Source of the DNA: Eledone cirrhosa
Taxonomy: Eukaryota
Direction of reading: 5' to 3'
Assembly (NCBI GenBank): GCA_964016885.1
Contig: OZ024740.1
Span: forward strand, 134,416,001 to 134,480,000
Length of the DNA stretch: 64,000 nt
In this document: one piece after another, positions 13,652 through 28,135 of the stretch
How positions within the stretch are numbered: the stretch's first letter is position 1
Layout of the letters: every line of letters starts with the position of its first letter
Program-made: the position numbers and the translations under genes
Notes under the pieces: generated by a model
Database searches by the model: none
What the model saw: only the letters and a program-made list of their open reading frames with translations
What the model was told of the DNA's origin: nothing

Positions 13652-13653
<2 letters not shown>

Positions 13654-14346
13654 CTGCTGCACAAAAGAGGAGGGCCATCAGCTGACAATAAATGTAGGCT
13701 ATGTAAAACAAGGTCGAGGATGTAAGCCACATTGTTGCCAGCTGCGAAAGAATGTCATCTCGCTACTACCTCCCCATGAGACACGATGGGATAGCTAGAA
13801 CCATCTGGAACGCACTTCGGAAAACAAAATTAACAACAAACGAGGAAGAATATATTGAGACAGATGGCACTAAGGAATACTGGTGGAACCTGAAAATAAA
13901 AACTGCCACCAAATTAAAGCACAACTGGCCTGATATTGTTGTTTGGGACCACACATTGAAAACGTGTTCTGTTGTGGAGATCAGCTGCCCACTTGATGTA
14001 AACGTTGTCAGAAAAATACAGGAGAAGGAGGACATCTACGGACCATTGATGAGGAGTTTACAAATCCAGTATCCAAGATAAACCTTTAGCTTCATACCCA
14101 TCATTATTGGAGCTACGGGTTATATACCAACCCGCTTGGACCAAAGTATGACTGAACTTGGATTTGCGGACAAAGAGCGATGCTCCCTAATTCATAGTCT
14201 ACAAATGGCTGCGATAGCTGGCACCTTCAAAATTTGCAAAACATTCTTGCGATTCAAGGGATGACAATTTCTTTTCTTTTACAACCTTGCCACCAGGAAG
14301 GTGGCCGGTCAAAAAAATATACTCGAAATTAAGAGAAAGAGATAAC
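13652..14346 (+). mobile_element. 5'-truncated R4/Dong-clade element (CCHC plus RLE)
   Basis: CRLC..EDVSHIVASC, YYLPMRHD, WWN, HNWPDIVVWD..VVEISCP; bounded on both sides by (CATA)n. Confidence 0.85.
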
Positions 14347-14384
14347 ATACATACATACATACTTACATACATACATACATAAAT

Positions 14385-15130
14385 ACATGATGGCTGCAAC
14401 TCGATTTCGAGTAATTCCATCGATTGATACTTAAGCATGAGCACCACGGACGTGGCTTTTTAGTCCTGCTAGGGATTGCTTATGGCCAGCAATACCATGC
14501 ATCGCAATAAATATCACATATCAAGCGATGTGTGTGCTTTAAGCTTTTTTAAGTGAGGAAAGGCTTTGCACGGAGCCGATCCCACTCTCTGAACATCGAA
14601 TGCAATTGCCCAAAAAGAAAAACTTGTTTACATCATTGGATGCAAACGAAGTCGCAGGTTTTATATCAGAGTGACCTTTTACTAGAGAGATGTCTTAATG
14701 ATGACTCGGAGTCTCTCGCTCCACAAAAAGATACATACTACATACATACATAATGACTGCATCTTAATTTTGAGAATTACCATCCCTTAACTTTTTTCTC
14801 ATACATAAGTAACACGAATATGACTTTTTACCCCTGTCATTGACTTAGATTCCTTTCTACATAGGCTGCTACGAAACAAAATGAAAAGGTCATGCTCACG
14901 CAACATTCGTGAAAATTCTTTAGATCTCTGGTGCTTGTGCCTGAAGCTTTTTTAACTGAAGAAAAGTCTTGCATTAGACCAACCCCACTCTCTGAACAAC
15001 GGTGACAGTTCTTCAAAAAGAAGAAGCGGTCAACATAATTGACTACCATCTAGTCGGTGGTTTTACATCAGAGTTTTCCTTCTCCTAGAATGATTTCTTA
15101 ACAAGAACTAGGTGTCTTTCACTCCCAGTG
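14385..15130 (-). mobile_element. Two older, diverged copies of the bipartite RTE derivative
   Basis: Blocks CCCACTCTCTGAAC, GAAGCTTTT, ATCAGAGTTTTCCTTCTCCTAG and 3' ends (GATGGCTGCAACTCG / AATGACTGCATC) next to (CATA)n. Confidence 0.6.
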
Positions 15131-15191
15131 GGCCAACCACGCGCTCGAGAACCTAACTGTGTATTTCCATGTCCCTGCGCATTACATACAT

Positions 15192-15740
15192 ACATGGTGG
15201 CTGCCAACTTGTTTTCGAGTACGGCCACTACTTTATATCCATGTAGGAGAACCCCTACCGATGCGCTGAACGAGTGTGACTTTTTAGTCCAGCCAGCGAC
15301 TTGAAAACTCTGGTACAAACACTACACTTGTGACAATTATTGACACATAGTGCTGGGCCCATGGTACCATGTGACGACAAGTGCAGAGAGATCTCCGTGA
15401 AGCTTTTATAGTGAGCAAAGGCATTGCACAAAGCCAGTCCCACTCTCTTAACCAAGATGATATTTACCAAAAACAAGAACAAGTCAACATCATTGGATAC
15501 CATCAGGGTTGCAGGTGTTATATCAGAGTTTTCCTTCTCCTAGTATTCTGCCTTGACAAAGGCTAAAGGGTGATCTATCCCGATGATTTTGGATGGCCAT
15601 TGACTCTTAAGAGCTCCTTTGCCCTTTGACAGGTTTTGTTTTTAGTCCTGCAGGATGTCTAAAGTCACCCTCCTCACCAAGAAACCTTGGCGGGGTTGCC
15701 AGTTTAGTCGCCAACGACCTGACCATGAGACAGGTTGTAC
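15192..15740 (-). mobile_element. Bipartite non-autonomous RTE derivative, slightly 5'-truncated
   Basis: Near-identical to 12946-13502; encodes CSVCTRVFKSLAGLKSHTRSAH. Confidence 0.75.
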
Positions 15741-15820
15741 ATACATACATACATACATGCATACGTATATACATACATATAAACATGCTCTTGTGTGACT
15801 ATGTGTGTATGTGTCTGTGC

Positions 15821-15920
<100 letters not shown>

Positions 15921-15999
15921 AAACAGAGATAGGAAAGAGGCTATTGACAGTGAAAATGAATCAGAAAGTGAGATAAAAACATTGGCAGCATAATAGATA

Positions 16000-16460
16000 G
16001 ATCAACTAGGTACTGATAGAGAACGACTAACCAATGATAGCTAACCAATACGCCACAAGGAAGGTATACCAACGTCAGGGATAGCATGTGCACCCTAACA
16101 TTAACATATTTTAGTGCAATCAGTCAGGCGATTCTTAGGTAGCTTTCCGGGCTTTCCGGGCTTTCACTGAGGACAATCCCGTCCAAGGATGACCTTCACC
16201 CAATAACAATATATGTACATCAACTATCTACCCCACTGGGGACATGTGGTGTACAAAATAACATGGAGCAAATGTGGTGGCTCATACATTGGAAGCACTG
16301 TTCGTAAATTAAACATCCATAGGAGTGCATCTTCGGTTAAAAACCAGCTAAAGAAATGATACGCCCAAGATACTAAAGTCCTCATTGAAGCATCCGATCA
16401 AAACATGATAAACATAAGAAACAAAGAAGCAATTCCTATCAAAATATTAAGAGCAGGTGG
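16000..16460 (+). mobile_element. Decayed Penelope-like GIY-YIG fragment (boundaries approximate)
   Basis: 16243 onward translates to HVVYKITWSKCGGSYIGSTVRKLNIHR, similar to the GIY-YIG at ~8420. Confidence 0.6.
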
Positions 16461-16884
16461 GAAGTACATGAAACAGATTGGTTTTCGTGACTATACCTAC
16501 TTGCGCATATTACCAGGCTCCAAACTTCCTTTAATACTCGAGAGTATAGGTAGAAGATAAATATTGTCTTTCTCTTTTGAAAAAATGATTCATATAACGT
16601 GAAAGTGTACACTTCTTTCTTTTTGTCTTACTTTACACCCGATTTCATTCATTTATTTCCAACTTGCATAAAACTGACTTTTATTTTAGGCTCATATATC
16701 ACAATGTCTCATATAAACTATACGTTCCCAGCAGTGTATATATATATACTTTTGTAAATATTAGGCTTTAAAATGTCCTGTGACTACGTTTAATTAAATA
16801 TGTACATTTACATATATACAATGTATATGAATGTATTGACTTGTCACAAATGTCTACATATACACACATATATGTATAAATCTA

Positions 16885-16939
<55 letters not shown>

Positions 16940-16946
16940 TATATAT

Positions 16947-17052
<106 letters not shown>

Positions 17053-20000
17053 GCATTATATATTATATATTTACCTGTTGAGATGGCAATATTAGATATA
17101 TCTTATTCGTTTCAAACAACCACTTACTTTCCTTTTTAATTTAAAACCGTGCCTTCAATTACACGGACCACTTGCTTGGAGTGATAGCACTGAACGAAGA
17201 AATCTAATCAAAGACAAGAGAAACTTCAATTTGCAAAGAACGGATTCGCGAAAAACTATTACACAGCAAAAAGAAAAGAAATGGTTAAAAGGAAAAAAAA
17301 TCGATAGGACAAGTTTAGAAATAAGTATAGAAGCCTAATATATTATTTATTATAGACTCTCTTATATTGGAACAAATAAATTTCGTTAATTTCGCTGGCA
17401 AGTCAAGAATTACAAATTTTGAAATATTGTTTGTTTACCGTTTATTTTCAGGAACAATGTCTTACCAAACAATTTTTGGCAATTGTTTTGCACTATATTG
17501 TCATATGATCTATTCTGCTTTGTTAATATCTCTAAGAGTTTGGCCTTTGTCAAGATATAAAGAAAATAATAACTGAGAAATTTAAAGTAAGAAAAGAAAT
17601 TAATTTGTTTTCTAGTAAGAATCTTTTTCAAGGCAGAATTCACTACCTACTAATATCTAGTAAACCATATTGACATGTGGTGTGTTCTTTTGTTATTACA
17701 TAAACTTTCGTTTCCTTCCTTGTGTCAGCTGCTGTTGAGTAAAAATGAAAGTTATACATGAGTTTTGTTTTTGTCTGTTTGTCTTTTTGTCTTTTTAGCA
17801 AAAGACAAAAGAAGGTATTTAATTTTTTGTGTTTTTGTTTATTTCCATACATAGTGTATTATTGTTAATGCAAAGCAATATTTGCTGTGTATCGTCATTT
17901 GCTGTACTCTGCGTTTTGCCTAAAGACTTAGTTCTTCCATATATTCCTAAATGTCGTTCAGAAAGAATAATTAATTGGAGCTACGAATACAAAGTTAATC
18001 AATAGCATAGATTTCATGTCCGTCGGCTGATCATTAGTTAACATATGGTTGCATCTCCTGTGTTTCGATCAACTGGTAACAATCAACTTGCTCGAATTCT
18101 GTTATTTCCCTTTTCCTCGTTTACTCCAAGTGATTTAAGAACATACGATACTTTTCGTAAAGACAAAACTGAAAACATCTAAGCGAAGTGCGATACGACA
18201 TATACATAAAAGAAAGCGTTTGTGTAATAATGGAGGAAATAAGTTTCTATCAAAATGTGAATGAATAGCTAGAAGAGAAACTCCTACTTTATAAAATAAG
18301 AAAGAAAGACAGTAAATAAATTAGATATAACACTATATATAGAGAGAGAGAGAGACATGTAAGAGAGGTGAGTAGAAAACCCCCTTCAGTTAGGTCACCA
18401 CTGAAGTCTTTGTGTATATTGAACATGTCAAACTGCTGGAGCCTGTCTCTTCCCAAACTCTACCTATCAGTTTAATTCACCGCTGAATCCGAGTCAGTTT
18501 ACAGTGTAGCCCTTCTTTGGAGCAGATTCGTGCCCTTTCCCTAAGGTAATTAATACTAACAGACTGCCCCTTTAGAGAGGTAACTTACATTGATCCCGAA
18601 CGCAACACAGTACTTGTTACAAAATATACACCACCAGCGGTTTGGTTAAGTTTCTGCTACTTGCTCTCTCGTGTATTAAAGAAAGCAAATTCATTAACGT
18701 GAGAGAAATTACGTTTATGCAGGTGAAAGAAAGCGCGTTTATAGATGTAAAAGAAAGCTAATTTATCAACATGGATGACGGCTATTTTGTCAACCGAGAA
18801 GAAAGTCAGTTTTGGAGTATAGAAGGATATCAGTTGATAAAAATGTTCATGAACATATGACTAAGGCAATTTATAAACTTGGAAGAAATCTATTTTAATC
18901 CGTATGAGAGAGTTGTGTTATAGGCATCGAAGAAAACCAGTTTATATTCATAGTAAGCAGCTGTTGTTTTTTTTAATATAGAAGAAAAATAGGAACTATA
19001 TATTTCGTATAAGTATATTTTTGTGTGCAATAGCAACACTATTCTAAGTATGGGAACAGCATTTCATTGTGGGTTTTACTTCAGTTTTGTAGAGAGTCAT
19101 GGAATGTAGACTCTGGAAGATAGGTTATATTATGTTCTAAATATATCACCCTAAATATATCACCTTAAGTAGTGGCGAAGCCAAACACTTATAGGATCTT
19201 GCTCATGAGTAGACAGAGTGGGAAAAAATGTTATTTCATTGGTATGTGCAGTGACAATGTATATGCACTGTTGAAAAAGAACAAAGTTTCCTTATTGAAA
19301 AGAATGTTCGGGGCTTTGGGTCATGACGACATTGAATATTATCGTACAGGTGGTCTTTGAGAAGCGAGAGGAACTCAATGTGTTGTAAAAATGTAATTGT
19401 TATCAACAATTTACCAGAATGTTGAGATATTGGAAGTGCGAGTTCAAGTTGATAGTTTGCGTAATCAGAGACCTCAAACACACTCTAGCATGTTTCCAAA
19501 GATCATGATAGATCCTTTGGCAAGGGACCAGAAAAACCGGCTACAATGTGTAAGGCAATATAATTTTCTGACTATGAGATGCACTTTTTTTAGTTTTACG
19601 GGTGATATCATTGCCTGTGTTGTGACAGTAAAAATCACCCAGTTGATGGTTAGATTGTTTTCCAGATATTTCTAGCCTGTATTGCTGCAACATAGTTACG
19701 TGAGAATCATTTGGAGAATAGGAATTTATAAGCTTTGGTTGTGTAAGTGATGGATTAAGGCATGCTTTACGTGATCGTTTCTGTCACCTGCTTGGCTGTA
19801 TCGTATGGGTCACGATACTATTTCCTACCAGAGATAGTTACCAGAAAACTGGTGGAGTACCACAGAACTAGCTGACTCGAAGTGCCATTCAGTCCGAGCG
19901 TTGTGAGGTGTTGGCGCAGAATACTATACATTAGCAACTTGCTTTCTGTCCCCTCCAACAACTCTCTTCCTATGTGGATAATACCACTTCCCTTCTCCTT

Positions 20001-20539
20001 GAGTTTTCGAACACAGACGTAAGCCTTATGCAACCAAAACACATCACGCCAAACCTACACAGCTGCCATGAACTTTAAAACACCTTTCAAAGAGGACACG
20101 ATGATGTACTTTTTTTTATTATTACCATCCAGTTCCCTTTGGTACACCCACCTCTCCTTCTGTCACCACTTCTGCTATATCTATCTCGTCTCCCAGAAAT
20201 GTTACCAGCCACTTTGTCTTTTCGTTCTTAATTCCTCAGAGGGTCAATTTCTGGAATTCCCTCTCTACTCAATTTCTTTTCCTGCACCCAGACATTCAAG
20301 CTGATCGTCAACTGTATCGATCTCACCAGTCTCAAAAATCTACAACGATCATAGGCACTGTTCTAATTCTTTAATAAGACATAACAACATCAGTTTATAT
20401 CTTCCTTGGCGTATATCCATAATTTGAGAAAAATTGATTTTTTTTTTTCCTGACAAGTCAAAAAGGGAATGCCTTTGTTCGATCAGAATTGATGTGTACT
20501 AAGTAATAGCATTATTTTTTCATGTTATATACTAAATAA

Positions 20540-20676
20540 GGTGGCGATTTAGCAGTCTTTAGGGACGTTGGATATAATGCTCTTTAGTATTCATTCCTGC
20601 TCTCTGTGTTTTGAGTTCAAATCACGTTGAAACCAACTTTGCCTTTCATCGTTTTGGAGTCGATAAATGAAGTACC
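20540..20676 (+). mobile_element. Old tRNA-type SINE, same family as 53427/57655
   Basis: GAGTTCAAAT B-box and AACTTTGCCTTTCATC..GTCGATAAA..AAGTACC. Confidence 0.7.
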
Positions 20677-21179
20677 TTACGATTCCATTAGAAGTTATGG
20701 AATCAGTGATCAGTGGTATTATAAAAAGTAAAACCAAGAGACCAGAGATCTAAATTTCTTGTTTGTGGAATTGTTACTCAGTAATGTTGCCTTGCAATAT
20801 ATATTCCCATCGATGTTTATTAATCATTATTCAAAAAACATAATTAAAAATAAAGTTATTCTATATTCTAATCTTTTAAATGTTTCCTCATAATTATACA
20901 TCAGAATTACACGCATGTTCTGTATAAATTATGTTCGTTTAAATCACGTTTAAGCATCATATTATCAAATAAAATCGATACCAAAGTGGTTTTCTTTGAC
21001 ATTAAATGCTCTCCAGTCTGCTCATACAAATAATCTTGCCTATGCTTCTTGTGGCATTAAGAGAATAAAAAGAAATCATGTGTCGTGGATGATATTACTA
21101 GTTGATCACGCGTTATAAGATTTCCTATCTATTTGGCAACGTGAAATAAAGAGAAGAAATACTGTCGTACCTATATGTA

Positions 21180-22600
21180 TTGACAAAAATCACAAGCCTT
21201 TCAGTATCTGAAGTTGAAGCTGTTGCAGTTTAATCCCAAGTCATTTATGAACAAGCAAACCTATGATTGAAGGCATTGCAGGCGTGGCCATTCCGTCATG
21301 TTTTGAATTTCTTTAGACATAATGTCAATGTCTCCAGGTCTATATTATCCACCGTGGCCGATGGCTGTGATTTGAGTAAGTTTTGGTATGCAATTGAAGC
21401 TGTTCTGTATATTAAGAGCCTCGTTCCTTGCAACATGATATGTCTCCGATAATGCGCAAAACACTGATGTAATGTCCTTCACAGTTAAAGTAACTTATTC
21501 GCAGGTCAAGTTTTAAGACCCATCAAAAATGTTTGGATTTAGTAGTGTACTTGTATTGGAAGCATGTCTTCTTTTGGTAAAAACACAGCAGAGATCTGCA
21601 ATAATGTAATCATCTATGGAGATTGCGATCTCTTCCTAATTCGTGTAGCCTGGGTTTCAGGAACACTGGTGTACATGAGCCAACGTTTAAATTTTATCCT
21701 AAATTATTATAAATTAGTTCTTATCGAGTTACCAGCTGCTCTCGAAGTATGCTAAGCTGTAGCATCTAAGTGACCATAACAACCTCGAAAGCAGCCACTT
21801 CCAATACACAATGGAAACATGGTGCTCGAAATGATTTAGAAGATCACGAATTATCCTAGATAGTTGTATATTTGCAAGAAACAAATAAACCTCTCTAGCG
21901 ATTAGCCGTGAAAGAGGAACGATTTTTTTTTCTGCATAATCATACTCAGTTGCATACTTTAGAAACATCCCACTACAACTGTTGCACTTTCTTTCAATAT
22001 TTTCCTCATTACCATACCAGTATAAGGTGTAGTTGTGAAAGAAAATTGCACTATTTAAAATGCAAATTATCTCACTTGAACATAAATGTGTTTCTAAATT
22101 CGAAACAAGTAGAGTAACGATTCTACTTTTGTCATTAGGATGTAGAAATACCGTGTGAGAGATGGTTGCATAATTTTTAGAATATCCCAACAGTAACTTT
22201 AGACTTCACATTCGTAAAATTTCTTTATAGCCTGGGTGTTTGCGGAGTAAATGAAACTGCTACAATTTATTTAAATGACCGCAAAGTTTAAGTCTCTGAA
22301 GAATTATTGCCACATCATATCAATTGCTTATAATAATTTTTTTAGCTTTCTGGCCTTGATTTAGCTTTACAATCTCATGAAACTACTTTCTGCTACTCCA
22401 AACTCTGTCTGAACAGAAAATACATTCAACATTGCTTATATAATCTTTTCGAATCAGCAAGTGATATTTCATGTTGCTGAGCTACCTATTCAGTGATAAT
22501 AATATATATATTGATGATACATCTAAACATCTTACATTTTATTTGCATTGTTTCAGTTGATTAAGGAAACCTTAAGATAGTTTGCGTTTGATGTGTTTCC
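21180..22600 (-). mobile_element. Highly decayed RTE-like LINE (boundaries approximate)
   Basis: Minus-strand remnants resembling RTE RT motifs (EYDYAE for LLYADD; HQCFAHYRR for HQ.CLRRI). Confidence 0.4.
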
Positions 22601-23133
22601 TAGTCAGAATACATGGAAATCATTTGGAGAGGTATAAATTCAAACCAACGTTAGAAATTCTAAGTGGTCACACGTTGTAGTCAAATTTTGATATACATGA
22701 AATAGTAGCCAAAATTCCCTCGTGTTACATACTACCGTCTAAACACCACACCCTTATCAAACACCTTATTAAATAGCTCCCAAAACTAATCCTATACAAG
22801 TCTACCTACATCAATAAATAAGACATCCATTTATAACATTTATAAATATCTTCCAGTGGGAATTAACTCCCTTGATTACTCAAGGACAATCTATGATCTC
22901 CGTTTGTAACGAACTCCTTTATTTCGTGGGATAACGGTATTTTCTCATCATTTTGACCCGATAAGAGGCCAGTATTAGAACGGCTCCTACAATATGTAGA
23001 GGTGGCCATAACTGGACTTCGAAACCTAAGGTTGCGCATACATATTAACTGTATGAAAGTTTAATTATATTAAATAAACTCTTTTGCAATAAATTGAGCA
23101 TTGTTTTCTTGGGGTTTTTTATCTACGGATATC

Positions 23134-23216
<83 letters not shown>

Positions 23217-23349
23217 TGCACACACAAACACGTGTATATATTCAAATGGAATAGTAGTGTATGCAGACAAGACACACAATCTGTACGGCGTAGATGTTGA
23301 TACCTACAACTCACTCATACTTAGAGAATTAAAGAAAATATGTGTTTAA

Positions 23350-25500
23350 TCTTCAGAGGATACCTTTGTGGCCATCAACGAAAGGATTAAAACATTGTTA
23401 CCAAACTTCAAATAGAGGATAGAACCGAGTCTTACCAACCAAGAGAACCTAGGATTACAATTAAAGACCATAATCAGAACCCTGAGACCGACCTCCGATT
23501 AGACTCATCGCTCTATCAAGATCTGATATTGGAATTGTTAGCAAAATCATCTTGGATAGGATTTTTCTCGCACTAAGAAACAGGACTAAATTACGACAAT
23601 GTTTGGGAAAGGAGACGTTATAGAATGTTTTATACACCTACCTAACAAAAATAAGACTAACTTCATACAACTTGACATTGCCAGTTACTACGCATCAATC
23701 TCTCCCATACAACTAAATAAGGCCTTAATATATACTAGTAGACATACTGACATCCCGCGCAATGAGATTGAATTAATTCACGTCACCAAGAAGACCCATA
23801 TCTGTTTTGACGGGGACCTCTGGACCAGAAGAGATAGACCTAAGAACTTTGATATCATTATGGGCTCCAGTGACTCCGTTCAGATAAAGGACCTGGCTGG
23901 ATTATTTATCCTGAGAGATCTAAAGGATGCGATCCCCAGCCTAGGTGGTGGGATCTACCGCGATGATGCCCTCTTCACTCTCATTAACCATAGTAATATT
24001 ATGATTGTAAGAATAAAAAGGAGGCTTAGATATATATTTACGAACCTAAGACATAGAAAAGAAATAGACCAAAAAAAGAAAGATAGTTAACTTACTGGAC
24101 ACCACCTTAAACTTAGTTACAGAAGTTTACTATTCGTTCCATAAACTCAATGAGAACCTAACAAACGTTAACGCCGAGTCAAACCACCCTAGATCAGTAG
24201 TTAAGGCCACAGTCAAGGGCATCTCTGACAGAATCTCCAGCATCTCTGCAGATCAAGAGATATTCAATTAGAACGCAGAATATTATAATACAGCTTTAGC
24301 TAGAGCGGCCCACAGAGATAGAATTAGTTATAATCCCAGTGAAGAGAGACATAGTAGGGATAGCAATAACCTTGAGGGGAAACAAATAGTACCAACCAAT
24401 AGTAGAGTAGATATTAGAGATGAACACACGAACTAACAAATAGGGTAACACCCGGTAGGATTAACGCTATAAGAACAGAAGAAATTAGGGATACATGGTG
24501 TTAACCACAACCCCATCACGGAAATGTGGGAACGAAACTCGTAGTGCGAAACAAACAAGGGGGAACCCAAATATAGGGGAAATAGATCGTATCCTAAATG
24601 TCATACCCTCAGGGGTGGCACAGCACCAATGAAATACGACACATGATACAGAAATGGCAATTCTAGAAGTGAGACAAACCCCACTAACACAGCAACATAT
24701 GATAAATAATTACATAATCCTACCAACAAAAGACATAGATACAAAGAAACAATTTGGTATAATCTATCATATTCAATGGGACTCCGGACCAGCATAGCTA
24801 AGGTTTTCTTCAAAGCGTTGGACAGATATTTTCCTTGGACACGTAGGTACTACGCTATATTTAAAAGAAACACAATTAATCTTTCAAATTCTACTGCCTG
24901 CAACTTAGCCCAGTACATAGCTAGAATTAATAACGATGGGCTAAGGAACAACAGTCACAAACCAGACGTTGATAACATGGACCAGACTATATTCAATAGA
25001 GATATACACACAAACAACGCTACGAAAGGTAAACTGAGGAACCGGGTTGAACATGAATCTGTCTCCGGGGCCGAACTATACAGCCCCAATAGACACCGAC
25101 CCACCACGGATGCTAGAGTATTGATCAGACAGTGCGACTGCAGGAAGCCCAATGCATACCCACTGGATAATGAATGCCTCTATAAGAATATGATATACCA
25201 ACGTAGGGTTACCACCAACATCTCGACATACACATATGTCGGAGCGACATCGACTACATTTAAGGACCGCTGGTATAACCACTACCATACTTTTAAAGGG
25301 GACCAGAAGTGCAAACGGCCCTCTCTGAGCTAATATGGAAACTCAAGTTAAATGGAACGCAGTATTCAATGAATTGGTCTAAGGTCCACAAAGTGCCCCC
25401 TGACAGTGGTAGGTCATTTCTTTTAATCTCTGTCTAAATGAAACCCTCTAAATCCTTAAACGTGGACCACAACTGATTGAAGGGCGATATGGATTATGAT
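23350..25500 (+). mobile_element. Decayed Penelope-like element, YRDD-type (Nematis-like)
   Basis: FIQLDIASYYASIS, FDIIMGSSDS, GGIYRDD; C-terminal CDCR..PLDNECL..MIYQ..TYVGATSTTFKDRWYNH GIY-YIG. Confidence 0.85.
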
Positions 25501-25857
25501 TGTAGGTAACTACAGTACCTGACAATCTTTACCCTCCGTACGTAATAGACTAGGAATATCTCTGAGTATCATACAACCTCACAGAAACCATAACAAGTGA
25601 TACACAAAACCACCTCACACACACTAACCACAAGTATAGAAATGATAGTATAGCATATCATGAAAGACTTAAGCATATAACCTTGGCTGTACTAGAATGT
25701 ACACCATCATAGATAATAAGACCTACTTAACATAAGTTACTCTAGACAATCTATTAACAATTGCACAACTGGCAATGTTCATAAAACAGTGTTAACTGTA
25801 CATTTTCATATATAGTTTCTTCTTCTTCGTCTTATTATTATTATTATTATTATTATT

Positions 25858-27845
25858 GAATGCCATGGTTGACGGAGGCTCGGCTCTGTAAGGTATTGTA
25901 GTTTTTAACCGTTATAACAATTGTAAATTGTTTGAAACTTGAACCAAATTGTAGATAAAGACATCCTCCTCCTCGTGAGAGGGGTCTTTCAGTCCGTTAT
26001 TTGGCCCTTTGGGGTTGAATAACCAGTTATTGTGGATATGTGCCCAATATTCATTTTAAACCGTAAAAGAAACATGGCTACAAAAAAGAATTTCACAAGT
26101 CCCTCCCACTCCTTCCGTCTTCTTCTTCCCCAATCGTCATTACGTCAGAGAAAAGATTGTCTCTCTCCCTCCCTTCTCTAAATATGGTGTCGCCTCTGTC
26201 ACCTCTTTCGCAAGCGACGCCATTAAAGAAAAAGAAAAATGTAGTTTCTCGTAGCGTTCTTCATCAAGAGAACGCGCGTACCGTGGAACATTTCTCCACG
26301 ACGACGACAACAACGAAAGATGTGTGCGGTAAATACGGAAAGCCATTTCATTGCTCGGGGTCTGGTTCGGACCGGACCTCCAGATGGAGAAAAGCTGGAG
26401 CGAGGTGACGAGCAAGGTAGCCTCCCTCACCCAGAAATGGGCCTCGAGGGAGCTGTCTCTGAAAGGCCGGGCGGAGGTGGCGAATACGTACATCGCATCC
26501 GTCATCTGCTACCGCCTCACCCTCGTCCCTTGCCCCGGCCCAACTCTCACCAAAATGGAGCGCCTCTTTTTCCGCTTTTTGTGGAAGGGACGCGCTCCCA
26601 TGGTCAGACGATCCATCTGCTGTCAACATCCGTTGCGTGGAGGACTGGGCATGCCATGGCTGATGATGCGCAAACATGCGCTGAGGCTGCGACATCTCTG
26701 GTGCTTCCTTGACGGTGAACAGGTGTGGTCGCCGTTGCCAGGCACGTTTTCCCACAGCTCGTCTCCTTGACAGAGCTGCAGTCCTGGGCCAGGTAAAGAC
26801 CGAGGAATCGTGGTTGGGAACTGGAATGTCTCCAGGCGCTCACTGCCCTCTGCCAGCTGGGCACCAGTATCGGTGGAACATCCACCTCGGCGTTCTATAG
26901 AGCACTAGTGGAGGGGATGAGCGACGACGTTCTCGGAGAGATCCCGGGTGTCGAGGAAGATCAGCTGTTTGCTCTCTTCCGGAGAACTTTCAGCCCAGGG
27001 CCTATGGATAACTTCCAAAAATCCCTGGCCTGGCAGTGCTACCGGGGAGCGTTGCCGGTTCGAGATAAGCTCTACAGGCACGGAAGTGCCGTCAGCCGAG
27101 CCTTTCCGAGATGCGCACAGAGCGACGAAACCGTCGTGCACGCACTCGTTCAGTGCCCGAGCATTGCTGACTTGTGGAGCTATGTCGAACAGTTGCTGTC
27201 GCGTGTAGGACTGATCCGGTTATCGACTGAGTCCATTGTGCAGATGGTCTCGCCCTCTTCCTTCGAGGAGGAAGGGCAGGCGGTTTTCATCTGCCTGATG
27301 GCCATGGCGAAAGAGATTGTGTGGTGGACAAGGTTGAAAGGGTTAAAGACAGACACTTTCCTCTTCGGCGAATCCCTAATTAACTTTTTCAAGTTTCACT
27401 TGAAGAGGAAAATCAGGGTGGAGGGGCAAGTGCTGCCTTCTAGCAAGTTTGTTGAAAGGTGGGTGAATGTAGCGAGAATGGTCCGAGTGAACGGGACCAC
27501 TCTGAATATACGACTGTAGTTTGAGAAATGGAAAAATTGAGAGAGGGCGCTTGCCTTGGTGATCAGGGTGGCCGTGGTCTTTTGTGTGGTTTTCGCCACG
27601 AGTAACCCTCGGAGGTTTCCCTCCTATTGGGGAATTTTTCATTGTTTCAATTTTTATTTTTATTGTTTATATATATATATATATATGTTCCTATGTCTTT
27701 TTTTTTTCTTCTTTTCTTATATAAATAATAAAAATCTTTACACGCACAAAACCCACATGGTACCGTCCTGTACCGTCCTGTGCCGTCTGTAATGTTTTTC
27801 TTGATGTCAGCCCTTGTGACCAATAAAGAAATCATTATTATTATT
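25858..27845 (+). mobile_element. Internally deleted Tx1-clade LINE, family A relative (both ends kept)
   Basis: 5' end GAATGCCATGGTTGACGGAGG as at 35469; ORF1 start fused at ~26351 to the ORF2 3' third (LLGVWFGPD ... PRCAQSDETVVHALVQCP); ends AATAAAGAAATC(ATT)n. Confidence 0.92.
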
Positions 27846-28118
27846 GTTCTTTGAGTCTCAGTCATTGATGTTATTTAACTGGAAAGTTTGTTGAAATGAA
27901 TATCAAGCCGCTACCTGCAGCCTCAGATATTCAGGACGTATCGGAGGGTTCTTGCTGTTCCCAGCAAGCATGCCTTTTGAAGTGTTCCAAAAAGCGAGGC
28001 TGGACTAATCTTCTTTAACCATCCTTGAAAACTCTTTGAGATAGTACCTAGTGCTCCTATGACAATCGGGACGACCTTGATTTCATAGCAGTTCCAAATC
28101 CTTTTTAACTCCCACTTT
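27846..28118 (-). mobile_element. Short 3' fragment of a Dong/R4 element
   Basis: Minus strand reads KWELKRIWNCYEIKVVPIVIGALGTISK...LQKACLLGTARTLRYVLNI*; its (AAT)n tail is the run shared with the Tx1 tail at 27834-27845. Confidence 0.8.
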
Positions 28119-28135
28119 ATTATTATTATTATTAT

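Noticed and set aside
17140-21180. Possible host exons in the less repetitive AT-rich stretch
   Set aside because: No recognisable protein motif or convincing exon; small exons cannot be excluded without RNA data.
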